A stretch of DNA of 64,000 bases from Camelus ferus (lineage: Eukaryota): positions 101,062,001 through 101,126,000 of the forward strand of contig NC_045696.1 of assembly GCF_009834535.1 (NCBI RefSeq). Direction: 5' to 3'. The notes under the pieces are model-generated. The model did not search any database. It was not told the DNA's origin and saw nothing but the letters and a program-made list of their open reading frames with translations. Position numbers and translations under genes: made by a program. Shown piece after piece: positions 13,607 through 25,915 of this stretch; position 1 is the stretch's first letter, and every line of letters begins with the position of its first letter.

Positions 13607-14674
13607 CAAAACATTACCCGGCTCAAAAGTGGATATGTTTTTTAAGCTAAATATTGGCTTTGTTAAGAATGTGATAGCAAAGCAGGAAGATTCATAGACA
13701 TGTATGGATGGAGAGAAAACAAGAGATAAAAGAGGTAAGAAAAATCAAGGAAAGACAGTATTTTTACCGTATTATATACATTTTAAAATCCCCCAAGTAC
13801 TTTGACTTAATCTAAGTAATGGGAAATAAACAGTTGGAATAAAATTTTTGTTTCTTTTTGTACTGTTCTGCCCAGTATCATCCTGTAAACTTTCCCTCCA
13901 GATAAAAGACAGAAGAGCACCATTCCTTTTAAAAGTCTTGGGGCTTGTATTGCACAAAGCACTAAATACTGAACAGTTATTATAATAAATGCAGTATATC
14001 TGTATTCCTACTGCACCCAAGTGCATATTTACATTATAATTGAATATGTATTTGTTGTACGCAAATCTGTTTGCTGAGACTACAGCAAGAGTATCTGAAA
14101 GAATACTTTCCTAATAGAATATTTTGCCTCTCAGTCCTTGTCATAACCAAGGATAATATGAAAATCCATCAGAGCATTAAAAAATGTGGTCAAGAAATGT
14201 TATCTGTCTTCATTTAGTTTAAATTATGGCATTGATCAACATTTAGAATTTCTAAATGGGAAATTAGGTACATTCCTAAAACAGACTCCGGAAAGTATTA
14301 TTCAAAATACTTACTTAATTTTAGTTCGGGTACCTAAAGTTATGGTTAAATAATTTATGAGTTTTTGTGTCCTTTTAATATATTTCCTGCATGTTCTTAT
14401 TCATAAGTTTCTGGTTTAAAAATGGTAAAAACTCTTCAATTCACTATTTTATATTTCAAAAAAATAGATGGAAACTTAATTAACATTTTTAAACTGTAAG
14501 AGTCAGATAAGGAAAAGACATGTCTTTTTTATTCCACAAATATAAAAGGAATCCAAATGTAATAAATTTGCCCTGAATAATGGTTTGGTTATAGGTAAAG
14601 TATAAACTATTTTGATATGATTTTACATTTATAGTATTATATCTCATGAATTCAAATATAGTATTTAAAAATAA

Positions 14675-14950
14675 TGAACCTGGGTAACTGACAAGATGGA
14701 AACACTATGAAGAAACAAAGGGTTTAGTGCAGAGATGAATTGCTCAAGCTGTGTCTTGATGAGTCAAGGTACTAGTGGCATGCTCAAACGGAAATATTTG
14801 TTAGTTTGAAGATTGGTTAGATGGGCAACACATGGAATTTGATTGCAACTAGAAGAGTGAACTATGAGAGTGAAAACATACCAGGGTGATTATCAGAGTG
14901 TGGAAAAAGAAGATGAGTGGGGCAAGAATGGAACCAGATAAAAGCAACAT
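14675..14950 (-). mobile_element. L2 fragment
   Basis: cctgggtaactg...gagatgaattgctc..., degenerate antisense L2. Confidence 0.5.
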
Positions 14951-15499
14951 TTGAAAAATCATTCTCAAATATTTTCCATACTACTACACTTGAGAAATGG
15001 CATTTTCACATGGAAATTCACATCCAGATTTTACTGAAACTTTCCAAACATATTTGAAGATATGAAGCACTAATACAATTAATCATGTGCACATAGCAGT
15101 GTCAGCCCCTGTAGATCATGACCTAACTAAATCGGTTTCAGACTATGTGCAATACCAGAGCAAAGCTGTACTACTAAATTTTTCAAGTAGCGCACAGGAA
15201 TGCAAGTGAGGGGGAATGATATTTTTAAAGTGGCACTCCTAAATTCTAATTTACTTTCTAAATTGATAATTTTAGGCAATTCGGAGGCCTATAATGAGGA
15301 CTTTAAGACCTCACATCCCACTTCAAACACTTTGCTAAAATGGAGGCTATGCCTCTGTGACTACATATGTACATGATCTGTGCAGACTACATCATCCATA
15401 TCAATGACTAACAATACATTTATAGAGGTTTAAAGAAGATATTAAAAAAAAATCCTCAGGTGCCAGAACCAAAGATATACTTTAAAATCAAACACAAAT

Positions 15500-16500
15500 A
15501 ATATAGTCAATCACAGTAACACGAAAGAAGGATTGGGGTGAAGTAGCAGAGTTAAAGCATTTTTTAAAACCATACTAATAGAGAAAGGAAATAGAACTAG
15601 TGGTAACTTTAAACAATTTTAGGCCAAAGAAGCATGGTAAATACTTAAGAGAAATTAATGTAGGAATCAAAATGAATCCAATTCCAAAATAGCAGAAGGG
15701 CAAGAAAAGATAGTCATTCCATGAGAGAAAAGAGAGAAAAGAAAAAGAATAAAAATAAAAGGAACTTGATAAAAAATATAAAACAAAGTAGTACACAGAG
15801 ATCCAAATCAAAGAGAGAATAATGGAAAGAAATTTCATGGTATTGAAAAACACAAAACAAGGTGTTACGAATAATTTCAAATCTATCAGTAATCAGAATA
15901 GTGATAAATGGACTAAACGGCTAGTTATGAGACACGGACTTCCAGACTTTAATAAAAAAATTAACAAATATACAAATGTGTCACTATGCAGTTTTTTAAA
16001 AGGTCACTAAAAACATAACAAGAAAGATTAAAAGTAAAGAATTAATAAAATATAGACCTTAGGGAGCATAAAACACAAGAACAGTGATAGAACCATATTA
16101 ACATAAGGAAAACAGATTTTACGGCAAAAATGATGGCTATTCTTTAGTAAGTATATCCTTATTCATAGATTAAAGAAACAAGAAATAACAATCCTGAACC
16201 CACATAGGCATAACAAATTATCTTAAAATATGAATGTAGTCAAAATGGCTGAATTACTAGGTAAAATTTAAAAGCCACAATCACAGCAAGGAAGCTGACC
16301 ACTTTCTTTGCAATTAACAGATCAAGCGGGCATTTAAGCCATACAATGGAAAAAGAAAGGGAAAAGAAAACATCTACTCTTTATTAAATAAACACAATAT
16401 TTATTTTCAAAAGTCAGCATAATTTCACAAAGTTTCAGTTAGTAACTAAGAATCAATAGTATATAACTCATATTATTTGATTCAAGTAATAAAATACAAA
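15500..16500 (+). mobile_element. Ancient L1 inter-ORF/ORF2 endonuclease remnants
   Basis: atcagtaatc...taaatggactaaac...agattaaaagtaaag corresponds to the frameshifted EN start (ISVI...NGLN...RLKVK). Confidence 0.7.
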
Positions 16501-16679
16501 CAAAAACCGATACCTCTGCTTCTGGCTATAGTAGTGAGAACTGCAGCAGATACCCCTACTGCTGTGGTCAGGTAACTAGAAAAGCCACATAAAATTTAAA
16601 ATCACATGGTTGAAGACATGGTACAGCTGCTGAGGCACCAGATGTTTTATGCTGGTTCATGGATTCATTCATTAGCTCA

Positions 16680-16955
16680 TCAAAGAATTCTATGAGCTAG
16701 AGGTTGTTACAATCCTCCTTTTATATATAAGAAAATTGAGGCTCAGATAAGCCATGAATAAGTGATGGATCTGGAATTCAAACCTCTTTGGAATGCAACC
16801 TTGAGCATTTTTAACATCTTCACTATTTTTCCTGACAGCAATAATAGCAACAGTAAAATTGTTAATTTTTAATCAGCTATTTTCTAGGCATCATTCTAAC
16901 CATTTTATATTTATTAAATCATGTAATCATTACAATAGCTCTATGAAGTAGGTAC
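16680..16955 (-). mobile_element. Two MIR SINE fragments
   Basis: gaaaattgaggctcaga, ctggaattcaaacc, ctctatgaagtaggtact (MIR core, antisense). Confidence 0.7.
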
Positions 16956-17203
16956 TGGGGACAAAGGAGGGGAAAGAAAGTCCACAGAAGTTGTGGAAGA
17001 AAAAAAAACTTCACATAAGGAGAAAATGATCCATAATATCAAATGAAGAAAGGATGTCCAATAAAATTAAAAATTTAAAATATCTATTGAATTCGTTGAA
17101 TTATAAATCTATAAACTAGTTTCAGTGAAATGGTGGCAGTAGAAACACTATTGTAATAAGTGAAAAAGAAGTAAAGAATTTGAGATAGAACATGCAAGAT
17201 ATC

Positions 17204-18170
17204 TGTAGCATAATAAGAAATATATTCGATCTGTCTCTGGTTCTTGGCACAGATCTCCTAAAACCCTCAGAATTTCTTTAGTGACAGGAGTGTCTTGGTT
17301 TTCAAATGAGGACCCTTTTGACCACACCTGAGTTTATGCTAATGAGGTGACTTAGGGTGGGGCCCCTAGATAGCCTTGGGGCTGGTCACCACAAACACCA
17401 AACATGTAATTAGAAGGCAGGAATTCTCAGCCCTAAGCTGATCTCAAGGTAAGGAAGCAGAGCTGGAGACTGGATAATAAAAACTCTTGAACAACGTTTG
17501 CAGAGCTGGGTGTGCCACACACCCTGACTCCACAGGGACATTGTACTCAAGGGCCTTTCTAGGCCTTGCCCTATGTATCACTTCGCTTGGTTGTTCATTT
17601 GTAGTCTTTATAACAAACCAGTAAACCTAAGTAAAGTGTTTTATTTTTTTCTTTTGTTTTTTGTGTTTCTTTTCTTTTTTTTTAATTGAAGTATAGTCAG
17701 TTACAATGTGGCAGAAAATCACAGTCATGCATATACATACATATAACATCCATTTTCATATTCTTTTTCTTTAAAGGTTATTACAAGATATTGAATATAG
17801 TTCCCTGTGCCATACAGAAGACATTTGATTTTTTTAATCTATTTTTATATATAGTGGTTAACATTTGCAGATCTCAAATTCTCATACTTATCCCTGATTT
17901 ATGATGTTCTGTGAGCCATTTTAGTAAATTATTGAACCTGATGATGGGGGGTCATAGAAACCCCTATTTATCACCAGTCAGTTAGAGGTGTTAGTGGTTC
18001 AAGAGTTGTAACTGACATTTAAATTGCTGCAGTCGAGGCAGTCTTGTGAGACTGAGCTCTTAATCTGTGGGGTTTACATTAACTCCAGGTAGTTAGTGTC
18101 CGAATTGAATTGAATTGGTGGACGCCCATCTGATGTCAGAGAATTAGTCAGTGTCAGAAGACACATCACA
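17204..18170 (+). mobile_element. MER21-like ERVL solo LTR
   Basis: TG...CA termini with 5-bp TSD atatc/gtatc; cacacctgagtttatgctaatgaggtgac and gttagtgtccgaattgaattg are MER21 motifs. Confidence 0.85.
17641..17895 (-). mobile_element. 5'-truncated artiodactyl/camelid L1 3' end inside MER21
   Basis: T-rich tail then ttgaagtatagtcagttacaatgtg...ttacaagatattgaatatagttccctgtgc. Confidence 0.85.
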
Positions 18171-18176
18171 GTATCC

Positions 18177-18661
18177 TGTTGTAAACAAAAAATACTGCAA
18201 CCATATCAGTAAACAAAGAATGCTGAAACCATCAAGTCATCAGTGGGCTGCCACCACCCCCCAGTGAAGACTAGCCTGCAGCCCGGACTCTGCAGCCACT
18301 CACAATGGTGCACCCGGAGGGTACTTATAATAAGAAAGGACAGGATACTGGCCCTAGATAGCTAGGTGCTTGTCAAAGGAATGCATTCAATGAGCCCAAT
18401 TGTTTGCTTCCTCCCATACATACAAAAGCACTAAATTCTTTATCTTGAGATGTCTAGTTTTCTTTAGATAACAAGTAATCACTTACTGTTCCAACTACCT
18501 ACCTGGTCTTTGTTGTAAAGCTCCTGTATATCCTAGCTCCTCCCCTACCTCTTCAGAGCAGTCCCTCAGAGCATCTGAGAGGCTGTCATCCTGGCTCAAG
18601 TCCTCCCACCAAATAAAACATAACTCTCAACTTTTAGGCTGCGCATTTATTTCAGTTGACA
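18177..18661 (+). mobile_element. ERV1-type solo LTR
   Basis: tgttg...gttgaca termini, TATA-like tgtatat (~18526), AATAAA (~18612). Confidence 0.75.
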
Positions 18662-18762
18662 CCGTCAAAGAAGTTTGTCTGAGATAAAGTGAAGAGAGGC
18701 CAGTTAGTAACTGGAGGATCAAGGGAAGTTTTTTGTTTGTATTATAGAGAGCTTTGGGAATA

Positions 18763-18960
18763 CAGGAGACCCTTGAACAACAAGGGGGTTAGGGGCGCCA
18801 ACCCTCTGTGGAGTCAAAATTTTGTGTGTAATTTTACAGTTATTCATTCATATCCACGGTTCCACACGGATCATGGAACTGTACTACATATTTAGTGAAA
18901 AAAAATCCAGGTATTGGTGTACCTGCACAGTTCAAACCTGTGTTGTCTACTGGACAACTG
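18763..18960 (-). mobile_element. Tigger2-family MITE (same family as 521-711)
   Basis: TA TSD on both sides; caggagacccttgaacaa...gttcaaacctgtgttg...caactg. Confidence 0.85.
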
Positions 18961-19125
18961 TATTTTACAGGTTAAGGGAGTATTTAGGAGGAAGAAGTTA
19001 ATTAGGAGACATTGTAGAGTGAAGCCAGATCACTCAGGAAGTGAAGAGAAAGTAGTCAAGGGTAGATTGAAACTTAACCCTGAACCCATAGTGGGAACAA
19101 GAAAGAATGTGATTGTTGTTATTTT

Positions 19126-19715
19126 TGTTACTTTAAGAAGAGACAACAAAGTCCTCTTAAAATGAAGCAGGACTCTGTGGGGTCCTCCCTGGTACAAATC
19201 CAAGTCCCTCAAGTTTCTTGTTTGTAGGAAATAGGCTACATTCAGCCTCCTGGACCTTCCCTGAGTTCCAAAGGACAGATTCAAACAGTTGCTCATCAGG
19301 GAGGGGAGAGGATGCAGAGACAAGGGAGAAACAGTCAAAAAATAACAGTGCAGCCCTGGGGTGGGCCTTGGTTCCTCCTCAAGGGATATACACAACATAT
19401 CTTTGAGTTATTTTGCAGGAACTAAAGCCCTCACCCAGGTGGAGGATGGCAACTTCAGGCTGAGCACAAGATTCTTGGAACACTGCTCTGTAATCTCACC
19501 ATCAACCAATCAGAAGAAAGTCACACACCCTGCTGCCCTCACCCCAAATTTTGCCTATAAAAACTTTTCACAGAAAACCATCAGAGAGTTTGGGCGTTTT
19601 GAGCATGAATCTCCTTGGCTGGCCCTGCGATAAACCTTTCTCTGCTCCAGACTCCAACATTTTGGTCTGTTTGACCTCACTGTGCAGAGGGCACAGAAAC
19701 TTTTGTTAGGTAACA
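19126..19715 (+). mobile_element. ERV1-type solo LTR
   Basis: Inverted termini tgttac...gtaaca; CCAAT (~19506), TATAAAA (~19556), poly(A)-like gataaa (~19629); flanks tttt/ttct. Confidence 0.8.
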
Positions 19716-22034
19716 TTCTAAGTACATCTCTGATGTCTTAAAGGTTTTGTGTAACCAAGGAAGTAAGAACTTCCACTGAGAACAGGAAGTCCAAGACTAG
19801 TTAAGAGAAATGAAGTTTACATAGATATTCAGGAAATGAGACAGACGATGGGTAAAGAAAACAACTGAGTGAAATCCCCTCTCTTCACATTTTTCTTTAG
19901 CCAACACAACTGAAAATAAAGATGTCTGAAGGAAAATCAGAAACTTACTTTACAATAGCTTCTCTAAGGACAGAGCTTATGTGTTTATAAACACTTACAG
20001 GGAGTCTAGAGGGGAAATGGGTAGTTGATATGGGTACAGAGGGAAAATGTCTTGCTGACATTAGCCAATGGCTTTATTTTGCCCCAACAGATTAAACTCT
20101 CAATTTCTACCAAAGGACAGTTTCTACTATATTGCGGTATTTAATTTGAACCTTTGGGTTTCACTATGTTGAACGGATTTTTATTGCAATTGATTTGTAT
20201 ATATGGAATGATGTATAAATTCAAATTGGCATTACAAAAATGTATCAGAGAATACAGTAGTTTTTAATCCACAATACATATCTTTAGAGAGCAAACATTA
20301 ATATGTATTTGTTAAATAAACAGATGTATCTTTAATACGTAAAAATGTGTAAGTTTTGGGAAATAAACTACTTTGAAAAATTTTCAATCTGTATGTAATT
20401 TATTTTTTTTATATAACATAAATTAATTTGAAACTTTAACTCCAGAAAATAATCTCCTGGAGTTGTAATTTAAAATCATGTATAAGAATTGTTATGAAAA
20501 TTATAACCATAACTTGGTCTGACCTATGCTTAGAATGAAAAATTGCACATAATATATTTACTCATAAAAATAAAATATCTGGCATAGTTTTATGTTTCTT
20601 ATACCTCCAACATAGAATTAAGTTTATTTTATTCCATACACACAGGGTATAAACTATTTCACTGTTCAGTAGTTAAACAGCATTAAAAAATGTTTTTGTC
20701 CTTCTGTTTTCCTTTTTAATGACTCCACTGTTTAAAAATGGCAGTTTGATTTTAATATTTACTCATCTTCACTTTGAGAGAGGATGACCTTCAAATAATT
20801 AAAAATTGGAATTAAAAACATTTAAATCTTCATTAGCTTTTAATTAGAGCACTCAAGATACTTTTTTTTCCAAACTTGGATTTTTCATAACAACCATTAT
20901 AGAGGCCTTATTACTCAATACTTAATTTTATACTTAGCTATTAACTTAAATTAAAAAAGAAACAGCAGAAAATACATTATATCTACAAGTGCATATTTGT
21001 GAGATGTTGGAAATGAACATCATCAACATTTTTAGTGGATCTTTTAAGTGAATTAAAAGATTTGTTTCATGAAAGAGAGACTAAAATAGAATTACTCAAT
21101 TGTAATCTACAAAAGTTCTGAATTAATCAATTCAGAATTGATATTTAATTATATGAATGCAGAGTTAAGTGATAGTTGATATAGTTATTGACTTTAAATG
21201 CCCGAGGAATAAAGCTATAACATGGTGAATGGATGTGAGTCGCATATATTTAGATCATTGAGCTCAGCACAATTCTATTTGTTAGTGTTTCAGTTTTGTA
21301 TGCACATATGTGTGTGTGTACATATATGTGTATATACATACATATTTTTTTCAAGTATTCGGTCTCCCCTGTAGTGACCAGATTACCCTACTCATGAGAA
21401 ACTTGGAAAACTTACGAAAATTAAAATTTATAAAAAGCATTGAAGAGATTAGCAAAGCAATAGTGGTGAATTAACAGATTATGCCAAAAAAAAAAAAAAA
21501 CTGTAAGTTAAAAATCAGAACTCTTCCAAAGTTTACTTTTAAAGTGAACCTAGTTTTCCCTCTGACTTTCCATTAAAACATAACTATAAAATAAAATAAA
21601 CTGAAAATAAATGAAATGAAGCTAAGAGACAGAACCATGTTCCTCTCAGTCCCTCTTGGTTTTTGGTGTTTTTCAACTCCAGGCTGCTTTTGAAATGCCT
21701 TCCCCTATGCAAGTTAAGCATGATGAGTGTGACCTTCAAATAACTGAAAATTGGAACTTCACCCCAGACGTGCCCATAGCACAGCAATAGAGTTCTCATC
21801 ACATATTAGAATTAGAGAAAATCCACACTAATGCAGCATATTACCCAGAAGGGACTAGATAAAAATCAGGAAAAATTAACGTAATAGCAGACAACTATGT
21901 ATGTCTAGGTGGAAATGGCAAGAAAGGGTTATGTAAGACCTGAGATCATGTAATCTCATACTGTCAATATGTCCATGTATTTCCCTGAATGGATTCCTTC
22001 TTTTTATCTGGGCAGCTCAAGAAAGAAAAGGAAC

Positions 22035-22225
22035 CCATATTTATAGAACATTAGTAGTCCGGCAGTCTATCTTTGCTTCACAGATGTTATCAGTTTTATT
22101 CCTCATAGTAACTCTGAGTGATAGGCATCATTCTCTACAGTAAAAGTCACTGAAGTTCAAAGATGGTAAGTTTCTTGCTTTAAGTGATAGAACTTGAATT
22201 GAAACCCAAGTTTTCTGCTTTGAAC
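22035..22225 (-). mobile_element. MIR SINE
   Basis: attcctcatagtaactctgagtgatagg...actgaagttcaaagatggtaag...gaattgaaacccaag. Confidence 0.65.
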
Positions 22226-22786
22226 TGGATTTTTTTCATTATAATCATGTTTCCCTTGTGGGCTTTTTCATTAAAATACTCTGGAAGTTTAACAAAAGAC
22301 AGGTCCTTGAACCCTACCCCATATCTACCCAATCAGCTTCTACAGGGGAATTCTGAGAAATTCTTACAGCTAAAAAAGATGTCAGGAAATTGTGCACATT
22401 CTATAGATGCTCCTTTTTGCCCCAAATGATGTAAACTGTATAAAGAACATTTAAAATTTTAAATCAACCCATAATCAGGCTGGAAAAGAAAAACAAAGAA
22501 ACAAAAAAAGCTCTAGTGAATTAAAATTGTGAAAAGTCCTTGAAAGAGAGAATGTAAAATAGATGAGATGGAAGAAGAAACTGACTATGGAAATAGAAAA
22601 CACAAACTTTAAACTACTATAATTCACCCTTGACTGAAGTTTAAATAAGCTATAGGTAATAATGATAACTGAGAAAATGTCCATGGAGAAGAATCCTGCC
22701 ATATTGGATACCATGGAAGTGCTAAGCTAGTCATCAAAGAAAAGACAGCATTGTAGAGAAGAGTATTGCTCTTACAGCTTACTTAC

Positions 22787-22870
22787 CTTCTGATGTCCTT
22801 GGGGTCCAGGGAACGAAAAGGACAGATGTGTACGAGAGTTTATTAAAAAGAAATTTTTACACAGGAGTTT
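22787..22870 (-). other. Candidate non-coding exon, minus strand
   Basis: Acceptor tttctttattgcag| and consensus donor CAGAAG|GTAAGT (intron starts at 22786); 84 nt in unique sequence; the one open frame is not a recognisable protein. Confidence 0.35.
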
Positions 22871-23757
22871 CTGCAATAAAGAAATTGCGTTTTCTGAGAT
22901 ATTCACTGGTGTTTCCTGAGCTACTTGACACCAAGTTCTTCCGAGAAGAGTCATTCCCCGTGAAGTGCTAAGGTGCTGGAATCTTGATGTATGTAGGGCA
23001 ATGTAGGGAAAAAATATACATTGTATTTGCTAATTTAATTTGTATCTGGTGTGTTTTATTGAGATTTATTTTATGTACATTATGTATATTTTCTTTCATG
23101 TAGCTGATGCCGGACCCTCAAGTATGGTTTTCTCCATGCTATCTGGGTAAGAAAAATTAAAACCACAGCTCAAGTAGATTAAAAATTCACCACAACAAAA
23201 AGCCTTGTTTACTTGACATCAAGGATCAGTACTGCACAAGGGAATACTAATTTGAAGTTGACTGTATATAAAAATGTCAAAAATGAAAGGGAGCCTGTAG
23301 GCAAGCCACAAAACTGTTATTTGGGGTGCCACAACATGGACAGGGAGATGTTTACAACTTATCCCTAGACTGGGCCACTTGTGACCTAGGTATCTTTGTT
23401 CTCTTTAGAGAATAACTGCGGTAAATTGGAAAAGAGAGAGAAGATGCTGTTCTAAGTAGATGGCAGAGAATAGGAAGAATGTGCAGCTTCATCTATACCC
23501 AGGGGACTAGGAAATACTGTCTCTTAGCAACAGTTGCCCTCCTCCAGCCTCCCTGAAAGCAGGCTAGTATAGCTAGTATACAAGCCATAGTAAAACTTCC
23601 TATCCCATCCTGAAAGGGAGACTTACCACAGTCTAACAAGAATTATAAACTAAAAGATTCAAAAGCACAGTCAAGAATTAGCTAATGGGATGCAGGCCAA
23701 TACTGTGATAGAAACAAAAATGCAGATGTCCTTTGCCAACTTTTGACCCCAGGATAG

Positions 23758-24109
23758 TGTAAAACCAAAGGAGCAGTCAGTGCTTGGGGAGATGGACAAG
23801 AGAGCAGCACAAGCCCTGAGAGCTTGTCAGGTTTCCAGGTGCCCTGAAGAGTGGTCCAGAGGTGGAACATAGCCCTGGCTGAGCTAGTGGACCCCACTCC
23901 TGTGATGAAAACACACGCCGAGGAAATGTTTAGTGGCGACTCTAAAAGTGTGGGGCCCAGTAAAGGAGTACCCCCTGCTCAGACCTAATGTTATTCCTGG
24001 TCCAGATCATCACCCAGGAATGAAGAAAGTCGTGAGTCCTCAGATTGGTAGGGCCAGTTAAGAGTCGAAGGGGATAACCAAAATAAATCCACACTCAGAA
24101 GGTTTTACA
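23758..24109 (+). mobile_element. 352-bp solo-LTR-like element, family unassigned
   Basis: Perfect 9-bp inverted termini TGTAAAACC...GGTTTTACA, 5-bp TSD gatag/gataa, AATAAA at ~24082. Confidence 0.65.
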
Positions 24110-24446
24110 GATAAGTTATATCAAATTTCAATCTAAAAAGCTAATTCTTTATGCCAGATTAAGATGTCTATTGGAAAGAGATCCCTGAAAAAAAAAAATC
24201 AGCTGTTGTGAATGTGGTAATCCTTTGTGCAAAGCTCATATTCATGAATGAAATATTGAAAAAGAAAGAGAGGTAAGGAATTCTATTTTCTGGTTGAATC
24301 TAAATATTAGGCTGCTATTGTCTATCTTACATTTTACCACAGGAAATCTAATTTCCTTCAGGTATTGTGAGGACTTAATCTGTATCCTACAGTACTAAAA
24401 CATGTGAATCCAAGTTTTCTTTCTGAAATTTCCTCATACATGAAAC

Positions 24447-25058
24447 TGAGATAGAAGGGAAGAGGGCAGGGCCCAACTATTATAAAAACAATACAGCCAC
24501 TGAGGATACGGCATAAAATAGTTAGAACCAAGGAGGCCCAAGATGACAGAAGATTTGGCTCCCAGTAGACCTTGAGGTTCGTTGTAATATATTAGCATGT
24601 TAAATGGCACACCCATAGGCACCATAACAGTTCCCAGGCTGACTATACAATGCCCAAAATTGGACGGGGGACCAATTCTTGGAAATCCCCACCCCTTCCC
24701 CAAAATAGTTGGAATAATTCTCCCACTTGTTAGTATATGAAATTACCTAGCCAATAAAAACTAACCACACCTTCACCCGAGGGCCACCTCTTTTGCCTTC
24801 TGAGACAGCCTGTGCCCTGTCTATGGAGTGTGTATCTCCCTGAATAAATCTACTCTCACTTTACTACGGAATGTGTATCTCCTAAGGCTGCTCTCACTTT
24901 CCTAGTTGACCCCATGCTCTGAGGCTGCTCTCCCTTCTGAGATGGACTGCATTCTGTCTATGGAATGTGTATCTCTCTAAATAAACTTGTTTTCACTTTA
25001 CTATGGCTTGCCATTGAATTCTTTCCTATGTGAGACAAGAACCCACTCTTCAGTAACA
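24447..25058 (+). mobile_element. MER41-like ERV1 solo LTR
   Basis: TG...GTAACA termini, flanks aaac/aaat; ctgtctatgga, aataaacttgttttcactttact, gaattctttcct...caagaaccc resemble MER41 R/U5. Confidence 0.8.
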
Positions 25059-25064
25059 AAATTA

Positions 25065-25915
25065 CTTATGTGAGTTTCCTCTAGAATTCTTCCCAGGCTT
25101 CTCAAGCAAAATATGTCCACAATCAAACTCTTAATCAATCTCTAAAAAATCTACGTCTCCTCTGATCTTCATCTGAGGAAACAGTACCATCAATGGCTCA
25201 GAAGAAAAACGTGGAATCCCCTTGATCCCTCCAGCTCCACCTTGCCCTACACGGCCATCATCCAGTCCTATCACTTCTATTACAAAATGCACTGTAAACT
25301 TTGTCCACCTTTATGGTCTACTCTGGAGTACTAAAAGAGCCTCCTAACTTGTCTGCCAGCTTTCACCACTGCCACATCCTATTCTGTTCTCCAGGTAGCA
25401 GCCAAGATGAATAATCTTTTTTGTAGCACAGCAGAAATCTCATCACATCACTCTCCTGTTTAAAAACCATCAATAACTTCCCATGGACTTAAAATAATAC
25501 CTAAATCCTTGCCATGCCCTTCAAAGCTTATTTTATCTCTTCCATTCCTGTTCATTGCCCTCTAGCCACAGTGGTATTTTTTCCTATTTTTAAAGTGTCA
25601 AGCTATTTCACACTTAGGGTTTATGCATCTTATAGTACAAGTCCTTGACATCAACATAAATGACAATTCTTCTATAAATTCATCCTTAGCCCTTGAAAAT
25701 AAAGATCATCAAATTATTCTCTCTTATATCACTCTGGGTTCTTTTCTTTTATAACATTCATTATTAGAGCTTGAAGTTATATAAATATCTGTGACTTAAT
25801 TTGTGAGAAGCCCTTCTCCTCTGTAAGTTTTTAATCTACACTACTGAATCTTAAGTATATAGACTACATCTGATATTTGGAAAGCATTTAACAACTATTT
25901 CTTATAGTAATGGAC
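25065..25915 (+). mobile_element. L2a fragment
   Basis: agcctcctaacttgtctgc, gcagccaaga, catcactctcctgtttaaaaaccatcaataacttcccat. Confidence 0.8.

Larger units (their letters stand above)
17020..19790 (-). mobile_element. Fragmented L2 hosting later insertions
   Basis: Collinear L2 pieces at ~17020-17203, 18662-18762, 18963-19125 and 19716-19790 (gtttcagtgaaatggtgg, aagaagtttg, ggatcaagggaag). Confidence 0.6.
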
